Shown here: positions 1 through 12,105 of the stretch, piece by piece
How positions within the stretch are numbered: the first letter of the stretch is position 1
Layout of the letters: each line of letters begins with the position of its first letter
Assembly (NCBI GenBank): GCA_008632985.1
Contig: QPGO01000072.1
Span: 62,001-126,000, forward strand
Reading direction: 5' to 3'
Source: Psammoneis japonica
Lineage: Eukaryota
DNA length: 64,000 nt
The notes under the pieces: model-generated
Databases searched by the model: none
What the model saw: the letters and a program-made list of their open reading frames with translations, nothing else
What the model was told of the DNA's origin: nothing
Translations under genes and position numbers: made by a program

Positions 1-1476
1 CTTGAGGCGTACAACGCTGGACATGAGGTTGCATTAATCATCGAGGATGACGCTGTCCTTACGCCTCTATTTCTAACTCATTGGAAGTCATACGTGAAAC
101 TAGCCCCGTCAGACTGGAAGGTCTTGCAGTGGTCGACGAACAACGAGGCCGTGACGAAGCATAATCATAATATGGAAGGTGATGCGTGGACGGATTGGCA
201 TGCAGACCACTATGCTACTACCGGATACATGATCAATAGAGACGGTATGAAAGAGATACTTCAACATACGTACTCTCAAGGAGTCAACGGTGAAGCGTAC
301 TAGCATGTCGATGCGCAAGAAATGGTTGTTTCCGATGAAGTTGTCTACTACCTCGGAAGAAGGTCTTACACGTCCACAGTTCCATGGATTGGTACGTCAG
401 GACTCACCAGCACGTTCGAAAAAGGTCATTCGGCATTCAAAATTGATCTGGGCAACCGGGACGATTTCGCTAGGATGAACGCTTCGCCACGAACTGAAAG
501 TATTCTTGTCCTCACGAGCTGCCGGTTGGAGAACGAGAACGCCATTGCGACGGAGTTACAACGACTCGAAATCGACGTAAAGGCGCTTTCTTATTGGCAG
601 CCCAAGTCGTCCTGGATTGTCAATGTTGTTGTCGTGAACGACCAACTAAAGGAGACGTTTTTACGCTCTTCCATTGGCCTACCCAGCTCTGTCAATATTC
701 GAGTTCACGTCAAGGAGGATACATTCAACAAGTATTCCTTCGTTGTGGATTCCATGAATGACTTTCTTCTGTATGACTACGTCCTCCTCAAAGACAACGA
801 TATGAGAGTCGCTGGATTTCCTTGGAATACATTCATGGAGCGCAAACAAAACTCCATTATTTCGGGTCCCCTTCACGAAGCAATTGAAGAGTCTCTGTAC
901 AGAAGTGTTGGCAAACCCAAACGTCAGTGGTATCAGTTCCACGAAGCCCAGCTTTGGAGGAAGCTTCAGCTTCCAGAATATGTTGACATTACTCCGATCC
1001 CTGCAATGTTCATTGAACAAGCTTTCACTTTGATGAGAGGAGATTTCGCCCACTGGTTCTTCGAGCAGGTTTTGACGCCTTGGTTCGTTAAACAGCCCAC
1101 CGACTGGGGAGTGGACAAGCTCTGGTGTGCAGCTGCTAGAGAGTTCCGCCCTGAAGAGACGTCGTGCTTGATTGTGCCAGTCGTCACCATGCACGAAGAT
1201 ACAAGGCAGATCACGGTTGGCGATGAATACACGGGTCAGGGCCGAGAAGTTGTGAAAAGGTTCCGAAAAGACCGTCGGTTTAGAGCTTGGCTCGACGCCA
1301 CCATTGAATGGGAAAAGTTGCTCGATGACTCGGCTGACGTCCTTACGGTGTTGGAGCGTTGTGGGCGCCTTCTGGCATCCGAGAAGCCCAGCTTAAAGAA
1401 GTGCGCAACTCTGGTCATCTCTGGCTTGTTGGAAGAACTCAACACGCCCCAGTCCGCTCCCACCAAGATTTCTTAG
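1..1476 (+). CDS. 5'-truncated glycosyltransferase-like protein (GT25-like N-terminal part plus a second GT-like domain), interrupted by one in-frame TAG at 301-303
   Basis: Frame 1 is open from base 1: ALIIEDDAVL...APSDWKVLQW...TTGYMINRDG, with a GT25-like EDD motif. After the TAG it continues in the same frame into ORF 322..1476 (YDYVLLKDNDM, DWGVDKLWC). Confidence 0.55.
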
Positions 1477-1922
1477 AATCGTTGAATAGAGTACAGTAGA
1501 GAGTTAAAACGACGATACATTGACAAATAGAAATCAATTACAAGTCTCACTACTTTTGTGGCGCACTCTTTAGGTTGATGTAGGAGTAGAATCGCGCTAC
1601 GGTAGGCAATCGAAGTTGGAGATGACTCGACGCGTCTATTATCTGCCATCTACCGGTACTCGGCAAAAAAATTGACGCTACTAGACTACTGCGATCTGAC
1701 CACCACAGCACTCTAGTAGAGAGAAGTAGGCACTCGAAGGAGGAGATGATCTCTCCCACTCCGTACTCAAAACTCACGCACATTTTATATTTATGTTAAT
1801 TTAAAATCCCTATGCAAGCTGGCGACGTCTACTCCGCAACAATTTGACGCAACAACCGCGATCTGAACACCACAGCAATCGCACACCCCATTGCTTCTTT
1901 CTTGACCGACTAATATCCTGTT

Positions 1923-2905
1923 CTACTTGGCCAAGAAACTTAGCCACTCATTCTTGGTCCATTCACTGGAAACATCTTTAGATTCTCTACCATTGACCAT
2001 TACAGTCGGCGTTGAATGAACTCCCTTTGAGCGGTGAAACGTGGTAATTCGTTTGAGCTCCTCTGTCATAGCATTACCCTCATTACCACCCTTTCCAGAT
2101 GGTTCCAGCAATGCCTTGACCGCAGCCTTATCTACACTTCCAGGCAAATATGCCAGCAAGTCATCGTAGATTTCCATGCGAGACTTGGCCCACGTTTTGT
2201 CGTCTTGGAACTGGCCTTTCGACGTGAATGCCTTGTAAATAGAGTTGATGTAACCGAGGTAAGCATCAGGTGCTACCCGTTTTACCGCAAGCGTGGCCTC
2301 CGTAACCATTGTTCCTTGCGGATGCCACTGCAATTTTTAAAAGGAGAGGTATAGAAATCTGAGTTAGCAAATCGAGTAAGGGAAAAGCCATCAACAATAC
2401 ACGCGCAAGCGGTAGTACTTACAGGCTGAATCACTTGATGCAGAACCAGTGATACTTCCTTGAAATCGTTTACTTCTGGCAACACATCATTGTAAAGAAT
2501 GATGAACATTTTGCTCGATTGAGGGCATACCAAGTCCAGATATAGTTCAATGTCGACCTTTTTTCTGCTTGGCCCGTTCTTTGCTTTCGACGGCGGGCCG
2601 CGGCCTTTACTCAGCGAGGTACTCTTCTCCACGCCCTTCTTGATCGAAACAGCGAGAGAACGGGAGCGAGTACCACCTGAGCTTGAAACCGAACGAGGAC
2701 TTGAAATGACCCGTCCAGGCTTATTCTGAAACCCCACGACGAAGACAAACACGCTGAACAAGAAGAAGAACAGCAGGAAGGCCAACATCATCGAGGTGTG
2801 AACAATCTCATCGTTCGACGGGGTTTTTATCGCTCTTGCTTTCACAGGAAACTCTTTAAAGCCGAATATCACCCCAAGAAGCGGACTGTCCGATATGTTA
2901 TTCAT
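1923..2905 (-). CDS. Thioredoxin-fold/DsbA-like protein, paralog 1 (exons 2905-2423, 2327-1923)
   Basis: LYLDLVCPQS (CxxS) motif and a cis-Pro-type STPTVMVNG. A GTAAGT...TGCAG intron at 2422-2328 restores VIQP|WHPQ, as in the other paralogs. Hydrophobic N-terminal segment. Confidence 0.8.
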
Positions 2906-3071
2906 TGTTTGAGCACGAGTTTAATGAGAGAAGGATAATAGAGCAACTCCGGTGTCGTACAATCGCTACCCCTTCGTGACAACACTTGCACAAAGGCAAA
3001 CAACAGCAACAACAACACGAGCGAGTAGGGGCCTAGCGAGTTTAGTTTTGGAGGGAGTTTTGCGTTCTCCC

Positions 3072-3256
3072 TGACGTGTCTTGCATCTGACGTAGAAGCT
3101 ACGGTGTCTCCTGGTACAAGATGGGAGAGGCGAACGTCACCATGATGTCAATCGCCAAGAAGGACATACGTCATCGCGTCCGTAGAGGATGATTTCAGAG
3201 AATATGATTGGCTGATCGCCAACACGTCAGGGCTTCCTTTATTTCGGCGATGACGT
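3072..3256. promoter_or_regulatory. Cluster of six TGACGT/ACGTCA bZIP (aureochrome-type) motifs upstream of DsbA paralog 1
   Basis: Motifs at 3072, 3088, 3134, 3168, 3224 and 3251, within 185 bp. Confidence 0.45.
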
Positions 3257-3479
3257 CGGAGTCGCCGGACACATCAACGCGCGCCGCGAATGCGCATGCT
3301 ACATCCCGCTCTCAGCTGCGTCGCCATCTTGTCCTCGACTTTTGCACCGTGCATCAAAGAGACATGCAGAGAATCCTTTCAACCAACAGGCTGGTTTCAG
3401 CAAGAAATGCACCACATTGACACGTTCTTCATGTCACACATAATGTCCACTTGACATTGTCAGTTGGTGAAACACTTCT

Positions 3480-6400
3480 CTGCAGTTGCGCCAAAAAACA
3501 AAAAAAAAGTTGTCAAGAACAGCCATGCAGCATCATGAGTGGGTCTGGAGGTTGTGCCACCTGAGGTTGAAAGCAGTTGTTGTTTTGCAAACTGTGCATG
3601 TGTGTGCCATGTCATTGATTTGAACATGTTTTGGGCAGGCTTGTTTTGTTGACAACCCCAGGAGCACTCTTCTTGTTGCAATTGCTGGCTGGCACTTGTG
3701 CAAAATGTGGCACGACAAAGATGCTTTTGATCTGGTGGGGCGTTGGAGCAACAAGCTGGGCTCCATTCTCCATCCCACATGGGATGGTGCTGACTCATCT
3801 GGCTGGGTGAATTTTGTGACTGCTGAGGCAGGGTGAGCAGAGCACACTGTCATGCACAATGCTTGTGCAAGCATTGTTTTGACAAAGCCGCGCACCTTGG
3901 AGCACGACCTCTTTGCTGCCACTTGTCTGAGAGCTTGGCAGCTGTTGCCTGCAGTGTGGCTTTGACTTTTTGCCATTTGCTGACCAGTCTGTCACAGGAC
4001 ACCACATTTGGAGCAAAGCGAGACACCATTGCTCAAGATCCCAAGCCTTGAGATGCTCTCACTTCTTCTCCTTTTCATGAGATTCCATGGATTTCTCTGG
4101 GTCACAGCTTGGCATCCATGTCCGCCACTTGAGGAGCATTGCATGTGGTGCCAGCCCATCTTTCTCACCAACCACACACCACCTGAGTGTTGCCCTCGCC
4201 ATGCCATCTTTTGACCTCCTGAGGTTTCTGGTGGCAACTTTGTCTGTTGAGATCTTTGTGTCATGGCTGCAGCTGGGGGGCTGATTGGAGGTTTTCCACA
4301 CATCAAAGAGAGCTTGGCAGATTTGCCGAAAAGTCAGCAAGCTCATCACAAACTCCATCAGGCCACGACCAGGCCACTTTTTTACATTCCAGTGCATGCA
4401 ACACACAGCACAAAAAAATTTGCCAACACCCAGCACACCACACTCTTCCAGCAGCCACATGTGGAGAGAGCATGTCATGGAATTCTCAACGTGCGCTGGC
4501 CCTGTGCATTGTTTGTGATCACAAAGTTCGCACTTTTCTCGCTGTCGTCTGTTGAGCTCTTTGTGTCATGGCTGCTGGGGGGGCTGATCAGAGGTTTTCC
4601 ACACATCAAAGAGAGCTTGGTGGATTTGCCAAAAAGTCAGCAAGCTCATCACAAACCCCGTCAGGCCATGACCAGGCCACTTTCATGCACTCCACCATTG
4701 CGTGTGCCGCGTGGCACAAAAAACCTTTTCCCACATCCAGCATCACACTTTTTCAGCAGCCACATGCAGAGAGCATGTCATGGAATTCTCAGTGTGTGCT
4801 GGCCCTGTGCATTGTTTGTGATCACAAAGTTTGCACTTTTTTCATTGTCGTCTGTTGAGCTCTTTGTGTCATGGCTGCTGGGGGGGGGGGGGGGCTGATT
4901 GGAGGTTTTCCACACATCAAAGAGAGCTTGGTGGATTTGCCAAAAAGTCAGCAAGCTCATCACAAACCCCATCAGGCCATGACCAGGCCACTTTTTTTAC
5001 ATTCCAGTGCATGCGCACTGCATGGCACAAAAAAATTTTACCCACATCCAGCACCACACTCTTCCAGCACATGTGGAGAGCATGCCATGGAATTCTCAAT
5101 GTGCGCTGGCCCTGTGCATCATTTGAGATCACAAAGTTTGCACTTGCTTGTGATTTTCTTGTCCTCTAGAACAGAGTTGACTTGCCTTCCTTCTTGGTGG
5201 TGTTTTGGCAAACCACCGCCACATGACCACACAGGAGCAAGTCAACTGTGTGAGCAATCATGACGAGAGTGCTCAGTTGACAGCTTTCTGAGCAGACTCT
5301 GAGGGACAAGAAGGGAGACAGAAAGTCCCACGCTGCATCCAATGGGGGGCGGACAGAGGGTGATCCTGGGGTCATCTTGGCCTGGCCGCGAGTCATCCAA
5401 AAGTGCAGGCAGGAAATGACGCATGTGATCACTTCCTTTGCAATGGCAAACGAGTCTCTGCAGTCACTTGCCATGCACATTGGGCACATTGCCACTCATG
5501 CTGCAAAGAGTTCTTTTGCATCCCTGTGCCCCCTTCTTGGAGACTTCTCATCCACCCCCTGCTTCCAAAATTCCATTTCTTTCCCGCCGACAAAACCAGC
5601 AAGGTGTCTTCTTCTTCCAGCGGCAACAGCAAAACCAAGTTCACTGAAGCAATGCTTTGCTGCCTCCAGTCAAGTTGTGGCTTGTGACAGCCAAGATGTT
5701 CTTCTTTTTGCTGTTGGTTGGAAAACACCCTGCTCATTGACCTGGCTCTCTCACACGTGTGCAGAAAAAATCATGGAGATTCTTCAAACCTTCCAGTGGC
5801 TGCCAAGTTCATGGGGAGCAAAGACATCAGGGCCTGCAAGCAGCCACAACAAGCAGCAAGTGGGAGGAATGCCATGCCAAAGAGCCCTTGGGCTGCTGGA
5901 GTGCTTCAGCACTTGCAGCAGTTGAGCACAAGCCAGGCACATGCTGGGGGGGGGGGGGGGGCAGACACATGGTGTCTGATGCTGCGGGGTGCTGGGGTCC
6001 TGTTTGCTTCATTGAAGCAGTTGAAGGCATCAATGAAGAGGAGCCCAAATGCATCTTCATGTTTGATCTGTTTCCAAAGCAGGTTCTCACGGCATTGTGA
6101 ACTCCTCTTTTGGCGCCTTCTTTCAAGACAAGCACAAAGCCAGTCAGCTCCGCAAGCATCTTTGGCTTCCGAGCCAGTGCATCAAGCGACCATCACAGGG
6201 CTTTGGCTGTGATCCACTGCACCAGACATTGCCAACACTGCTGACCAGATGAACAACTGGATTTCGTGGTGGAATTTGAGTGGGTGTTTGGTCCTGAGAA
6301 GAAGAGTGATGCTGCACATGGCAAGCGGGGCCAAGCGGAGAATCCATTTGCAGCCCAGTCAGCGAATCTCCCAAGTGCCTCTCTTGGGAGTCCACTGGAG

Positions 6401-6480
6401 TCTCCATGAGACTGAGGAGCCACAAAGTGCACATGGAAAAATGCAGCATTGCACAGTCTTGTGAGGAGCGATTGCATCAC
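3480..6480 (-). mobile_element. Degenerate CRE-clade-like non-LTR retrotransposon (RT plus restriction-like endonuclease), TpA/CpG-depleted
   Basis: Minus-strand fragments: GLLFIDAFNCFNEANR and PACAWLVLNCCK (~6050-5910; cf. RT LIDAxNAFNExNR...PSGARFxFNCY); GMQKNSLQHEWQ and FLPALL (~5530-5400); DPEKSMESHEKEKK, FAPNVVSCD, LSDKW and KVRGFVK (~4105-3870; C-terminal endonuclease region). Many stops and frameshifts. Confidence 0.65.
4245..5143. repeat. Three tandem copies of a ~303-305 bp unit inside the non-LTR relic
   Basis: ctgttgag(a/c)tctttgtgtcatggctgc...ggttttccacacatcaaagagagcttgg...acaaagtt(c/t)gcact recurs at ~4245, ~4550 and ~4852. Confidence 0.9.
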
Positions 6481-7318
6481 GAGATGTCTCGTGTTGACGC
6501 AGTTGAAGCATCTGCTTTGTTAGTCTACTGGGCCCTACACGGCAAAGCACGCACGCGAAAACGAACTGCCACAAAAATTTGAAATCCATGCGTGTTGAAC
6601 TCGAAAAATTAACGGTATTGCCATAATGCATTTGTGCATGAATATGTCAATAATTCTTATGGCTAATACTGGGGATTCATAGACGTTTTTTTTTTTCAAC
6701 TGCCGTGGACACCCATCCTCTCCAAGCTTGGGGGGCGACTTTGGAAGTGAGATCGTCGAAGGCGGTCTGATCGCCAGTGCGTTTGGGGGTTTTCCCAGTA
6801 CAATTTGTACGCACAAGAAGACACGTAGGATCTGTCCAGAGGTCCCAAATACCAATCGCACTGATTGACAGACTGTTTTAGTACAAATTCTACGTAACTT
6901 TCTTCGACAGTCTCACTTCCGAAGACGTCCCAAGCTCGCAAGCGGAGACTGGAGATCTGAGATTTGAGAATGAACAATGAACAGAAGGAATGAAGAGTGG
7001 CAGCAAGTTTCAACAAAGTTGCACCATCGAACGACTGAATTAATGTGAACCCTTCGCATTGGTGTCACCCGTTCCATTGGTGTGCGACTCTTTAGAGTAG
7101 GGGTAGCTAAGTAAATCACAAATCACAATCTTTGGGGATTCTCACCTCTTGGTTGCATCGCGCGATCTTTACACAACTCCATCATCTATTACGGTTTCAT
7201 CAGTGAGTAGCAACCGGATTCTTTCTTTCTTCTTACGTACCCAAAACAAGCAAAAGCCTTGTTTTCCAAACCGCTGCTGCTAATGTAATGATTTGCTTCT
7301 CCTCCTTTCGTCTTGCAG

Positions 7319-9118
7319 ATGACTCTTCTCCACGCAATCACGCTTGCTTTCACTCTTGCCGTTTTGGTGCTTGCGTTGCTCGCATTCGACGGGGTGTTTC
7401 CCCCGGCCGTTTCGGTCAAGCTCCGACCCTGGACGCGTGAGAAGCGCCGATCCCTTAAAGGATGTCAGGACAATCCATCGTGGAAGCTGAATTCTGAAGG
7501 GGTTCTCGTCTCCTGTTACGCGTTGTCGCATCTCCCGGGCTCCATAATAGCGGAAACCTGCGAATCCCAAGCTCAAACCCTCCAGAACTGCCCCAGAACG
7601 TGCGGTGTGTGCGACCGCGTCCTATCGTCGGTTCCAGACGATTCACTTGGAAAATGGGTCGAAGAGTTCGACATGGGAATAATCCCAATTCACGTCATGA
7701 TTCTACCTCCCGATGGAAAAGTACTTGCGTATGGGGCCAACAAGGCAGGAAGCAGCAGGAATCCCGAAGGCTATTATGAAGTCTGGGACACAACCACTGG
7801 CAAACATACGGTGGGGATCAATCACGTCCGGTACTCACAGAACTCGGACGTCAATATCTTTTGCGCGACGCTGTCCATGGATGTGACAACAGGCAATGTT
7901 CTGATCATTGGTGGCACGGCAGCACCCATCGTCGTTGGCGATAGGGAGTTTGATAACATTGGCTCAAACGGCGTTTTGGAGTTTGACACCAAAACCTACG
8001 AGATCCGTAAACACCCCCTGGGGGACATGAAATATGCACGTTGGTACGGCACTAGTATCAACATGCCAGATGGACGTATCTTTGTTGCGGGTGGCCGAAA
8101 CGATTGTCTCATTCCACTCGCTAGTCCCATTCCTGAAATCTGGAGTCCCAAAACTGGATGGCGCACTTTGCCGCTTGCGACTGTTCCAGCCATGGCACGC
8201 ATAATCCAACAAGCTCGAACACGACAGCAGGCATGGTGGTATCCTCATCTGTCGGTGAACTCGAGTGGGGACATCTTTCTCATGATTGCCGACAAGATTA
8301 ACGCCGACGTTTACCGCATATGCGTGGATGGACTTGGATCGATTAAGAGGGTGGCAACCCGACCATTCGACTCTCACAAACTTGGACCGTCCATTATGTA
8401 CGACGTGGATCAGCTTGTTGTGTTGGATCTGTATGCCAATCTCTGGACTGTGGATATTTCCGACGCATCCAAGCCCGTTTTCAAGAAGAGGGCGAGTCTC
8501 TCCAAGAAACGAATCAATGCCGCCATGTCCCTCCTGCCGGATGGTCGCGTCATGATCAACGGTGGCTCAGAAGAGGAGTACTATGACGATGCGGGCTCCA
8601 CCGATTTTTCGTTAGAACGGGCCGTGCGCTTCGTTGAAATATGGGATCCAGTTCAAGACACTGTGTTTAAGGGACCGGAACAAGCGAAAGCGCGCCTCTA
8701 CCATTCATCTGGTCTCATCTTGCCCGATGGGTCGGTGTGTTCGGCGGGCGGAGGAGCACCAGGCCCCATACAGAATTCGAATGGACAGATCTACGATCCG
8801 GGCTACTTAGAGGCGTCACGTCCTCTGATCGAAACGTGGCCCGAGACAATTCTAGCTAGCAACTCATTTGACATCACGGTCGCTGTTTCGTCAGCTATTG
8901 CCAAGGTGACTGCTACGAAGCCTGGTTCAATGACGCATGCACGTAATTCCGACGCTCGGTGGCTCAATCTAGACTTCCAGATTGTCGATGGAACGAGGAT
9001 AAGAGTGTCCACTCCTGGTCCGAACATCATGATCGTTGGTGTATGGTATTTGAACGTGATCGACACGAGCGGAGTTCCGTCTCCTGCACGTCTCTTTATG
9101 GTGCCGCTACCGGAATGA
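7319..9118 (+). CDS. Copper radical oxidase (AA5, galactose/glyoxal oxidase family) with an N-terminal signal/anchor and a small ShK-like Cys module
   Basis: IFCA (Cys), ARWYG (Tyr), RLYHSS (Tyr-His) and MTHA (His) match the galactose oxidase active-site motifs. Kelch repeats, a C-terminal DUF1929-like domain (GVPS), and CQDNPSW...CPRTCGVC at the N-terminus. Confidence 0.88.
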   Translation: MTLLHAITLAFTLAVLVLALLAFDGVFPPAVSVKLRPWTREKRRSLKGCQDNPSWKLNSEGVLVSCYALSHLPGSIIAETCESQAQTLQNCPRTCGVCDRVLSSVPDDSLGKWVEEFDMGIIPIHVMILPPDGKVLAYGANKAGSSRNPEGYYEVWDTTTGKHTVGINHVRYSQNSDVNIFCATLSMDVTTGNVLIIGGTAAPIVVGDREFDNIGSNGVLEFDTKTYEIRKHPLGDMKYARWYGTSINMPDGRIFVAGGRNDCLIPLASPIPEIWSPKTGWRTLPLATVPAMARIIQQARTRQQAWWYPHLSVNSSGDIFLMIADKINADVYRICVDGLGSIKRVATRPFDSHKLGPSIMYDVDQLVVLDLYANLWTVDISDASKPVFKKRASLSKKRINAAMSLLPDGRVMINGGSEEEYYDDAGSTDFSLERAVRFVEIWDPVQDTVFKGPEQAKARLYHSSGLILPDGSVCSAGGGAPGPIQNSNGQIYDPGYLEASRPLIETWPETILASNSFDITVAVSSAIAKVTATKPGSMTHARNSDARWLNLDFQIVDGTRIRVSTPGPNIMIVGVWYLNVIDTSGVPSPARLFMVPLPE

Positions 9119-9674
9119 GCCGGAAGCTAGCTAGGTAATAGAAGGAAAGTAGAGCCGTAGGCTACTATACCAACTTGCTGGTTATTTACTTGGGTCCTAT
9201 TCATAGTCATAAAAAGCTCGTAGTCACCATGAGCTGTACCTGGTACGGCCGTAGAGAGTTTACAGTTGCGGTATTCATAGCATGGACCTTGCTTTTTGGT
9301 CGTATCCAATTTGATCTATCTGCATCTCTTACTGAAACATGTAAATGCTGACAGGGCATTAACGGTCGCCTGCCTGTAACCATGACAATTCTCTCCCGCA
9401 CTTCGTAGCATGTACAAAATATAGATGATTGATCTTTCCAGGCTTTGAACAGTCCATCAGACTTGCTCTCATCTAAGTCGAGTGCCTATCAAGATCGTTA
9501 GTTGTCCACGAAAGAATATGTACACCGTAGTGACGCAGAGAGGTTCCGCACTTCAGTCACGTGGTTGATCGATGCCGCCCCCTTCAGCAACTCACTTGCT
9601 ACAGCAGTCTGATTTAAAGTGCCTACATTTTAAAAGCATGAGCCTCTTGTAACTCCTAAAATAATTCATCTGTG

Positions 9675-10375
9675 TCATCCTTGAAACATGTCTTCGCCTT
9701 TCTTGGAAAGGAAATTTAGCCATTCATCCTTTTTCCACCCGCTAGAAACAATGTTTGCTTCTAAACCATTGACAAATACTGTGGGCGTAACGTGAACACC
9801 CCGAGTTCGATGATACTTGGTTGCCCACTTTAGGTCTTGCGTCATTGCGTTACCTTCGTTACCACCCTTGCCGGTTGGCATCAGCAGGGCCTTTACCGCC
9901 GCCTTGTCTAGTTGTAAGTCATCTGTCAACGCCAAGAGCTCATCATAGATTTCCATACGGGTCTTGGTCCAAGTTTTTTCATCCTTAAACTCACCAGTGG
10001 CAGTGAAAGCATTGTAAACGGAATTGATGTACGCCAGATAGGCATCCGGTGCGACTTTTTTGACAGCGAGAGCAGCTTCGTGAACCATGGTGCTTTGTGG
10101 ATGCCACTGATAGGAAGGAGTTCAAATTGCTGTGAATAAGGCCGTAAAAGTTCACATTAGGAACCATTCATCATACTTACAGGTTGAATCACGTGGTTGA
10201 GAACAAACGAAATATCGTTATCGCCCGTGAATTCAGGCAACACGTCGTTGTAAAGAGTCGTAAACATCTTGCAAGAAAAGGGACAAATCAAGTCTAAAAA
10301 AAGCTCGATTTCAATCTTGCAGCGACTACCAGTTATTCCATTTCCACAACGTGTCGGTGGCAACGGCGGGCCCAT
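9675..10375 (-). CDS. Thioredoxin-fold/DsbA-like protein, paralog 2 (exons 10375-10181, 10106-9675; start could extend to 10522)
   Basis: LFLDLICPFSCK and VHVTPTVFVNG motifs; intron 10180-10107 at VIQP|WHPQ. Confidence 0.85.
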
Positions 10376-10656
10376 GGCGAGAAATGTGTTTTTCCTTGCG
10401 CGGCTGACTGAAAAAGTGGCGGGAAACGTGTGCGATGGAACTGGAAGCCAAAAACACACCAAACAGCTAGCTGCCGGTAGCAAAGAGAAGATATGAACAA
10501 GAAATGAGGCTGTCATGGGCATCTCAGTCGCTTTCCTTTTGCGGGAAACAATCTTGTTAGCAACAACAATGCCCGAGCCAAGGATTTAGACCTACGTACT
10601 CTTCAGCACGAGCAAGATTCTTCGTAGCATCTATCTTATCCAGACATGAAGACATA

Positions 10657-12105
10657 TTATAGAGCGATAGTTCCCTCCGAGACCAACTTTCCGTGCTCCG
10701 AGAAATACTCATCACGGATTTCATCTTGTTCTCTCTTTTTGAGGAACGCGATCCATTCAGCCATGTGCCACTCGCCAATAGTTGAATCGTCAACTCGCAC
10801 GCCATTGACAAACAAGGTAGGAGTCAAATGAATCCCACGTCGACGTGCATACTCAGTCGCCATTTTGATCTGTTCCGACATGAGGTTGCCAGAGTGCTTT
10901 CCTTTTCGGATTGGAGCCAAAAACAACTTGAGAGCAGTCAAGTCGACTGTTTTACTCTTTTCCATCTCCTCTAGTACTGACAAAAGCTCCTCGTAGATTT
11001 CGCTTCGACTCTTGGACCACGTGTCGTTATCATTGAACTTTCCGTCCTCCACGAAAGCGCTACAAACGGCGTAAACGTAGTCAAGATACAGTTCCTTAAA
11101 AAGTTGTTTCACAGCAAGCGCAACTTCATGGACCAAGGTACTTTGCTGTGATGAGAAACATGTATGTGAGTTGGAGCGTCTTTACAAACAAGCATCGTTC
11201 AGAGTGACACGAAACCGGACCGTAGAGTACTTACAGGATGCCACTGCATGATGTAGAGACATGAAAGAGCTCAAAGTCGGCCAACAAGAACAATATAAGG
11301 GACCCAAAACACACGCATAAACACTTACCGGCTGAATGACATGATACAGAATGAACGTAATTTCATTTTTACGCTTCAATGCATGTGCTACTTGTTTGTA
11401 CAGAGTCATAAACACCTTACAAGACGCTGGACAAACCAAATCCATATAAAGCTCCAATTGAAGCGGTCTTTTCGCTGTTCTGGACTCGGGAGGTGGGCCA
11501 ATCGATGGTCCAGGGAGGCAAGGAACGGCAAAAAAGTCCGACTCTGTTTTCAACACCCGCTTTTTCGTCGCTGGATCCACAAATTCATACTTGTATGTTT
11601 TCTGTACGGGTTCGAGTTTATGTGCGGCGCATATCCGAAATTCCTTCCTCTTGCTCCGTGGGTCGTTCCCTGCAACCCCAAGACGTTCCAGAAATGTGGA
11701 ATGCGCCATTTTCTTTCTGGCAAAGGTCCTCCAACGAGCGGCAGAAATAATCTCTCCTGCTTTTTTTATCGCTGGTTTGGGAGGAAATGAAGGAGATGTT
11801 CTACTCCGATTTTCTGCATTCAAGTACTTGCCACAATTGTAATACATGCACATTCTTCGACTTCCCCGCTTCCTTCTCCTTTCCTCGTACGACTCATCTC
11901 TCTCTGCATCTCTGGCTGCAACAGCCGCAGCAGCCGTCGAGATGCGTGCTGGGGCAGCAGAGGAAGCTACTGCCGCCGTGGTGTTTTGGCTTGGAGCGTC
12001 AGAGGAAGCTGCCGCCTGGGTCCCACTGTTACTTGTCTGATGGCTGTTGTTTGCAGATGAAGCAGCTGTTAGAATGCCCAACGAGCTGTTTGTCGACCCT
12101 GCCAT
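10657..12105 (-). CDS. DsbA-like paralog 3 with an N-terminal THAP-like C2CH zinc-finger region (exons 12105-11329, 11243-11235, 11145-10657)
   Basis: CMYYNC...FPPKP...W...RICAAH, followed by LYMDLVCPASCK. Introns 11328-11244 and 11234-11146 flank a 9-nt exon encoding WHP. Confidence 0.75.
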
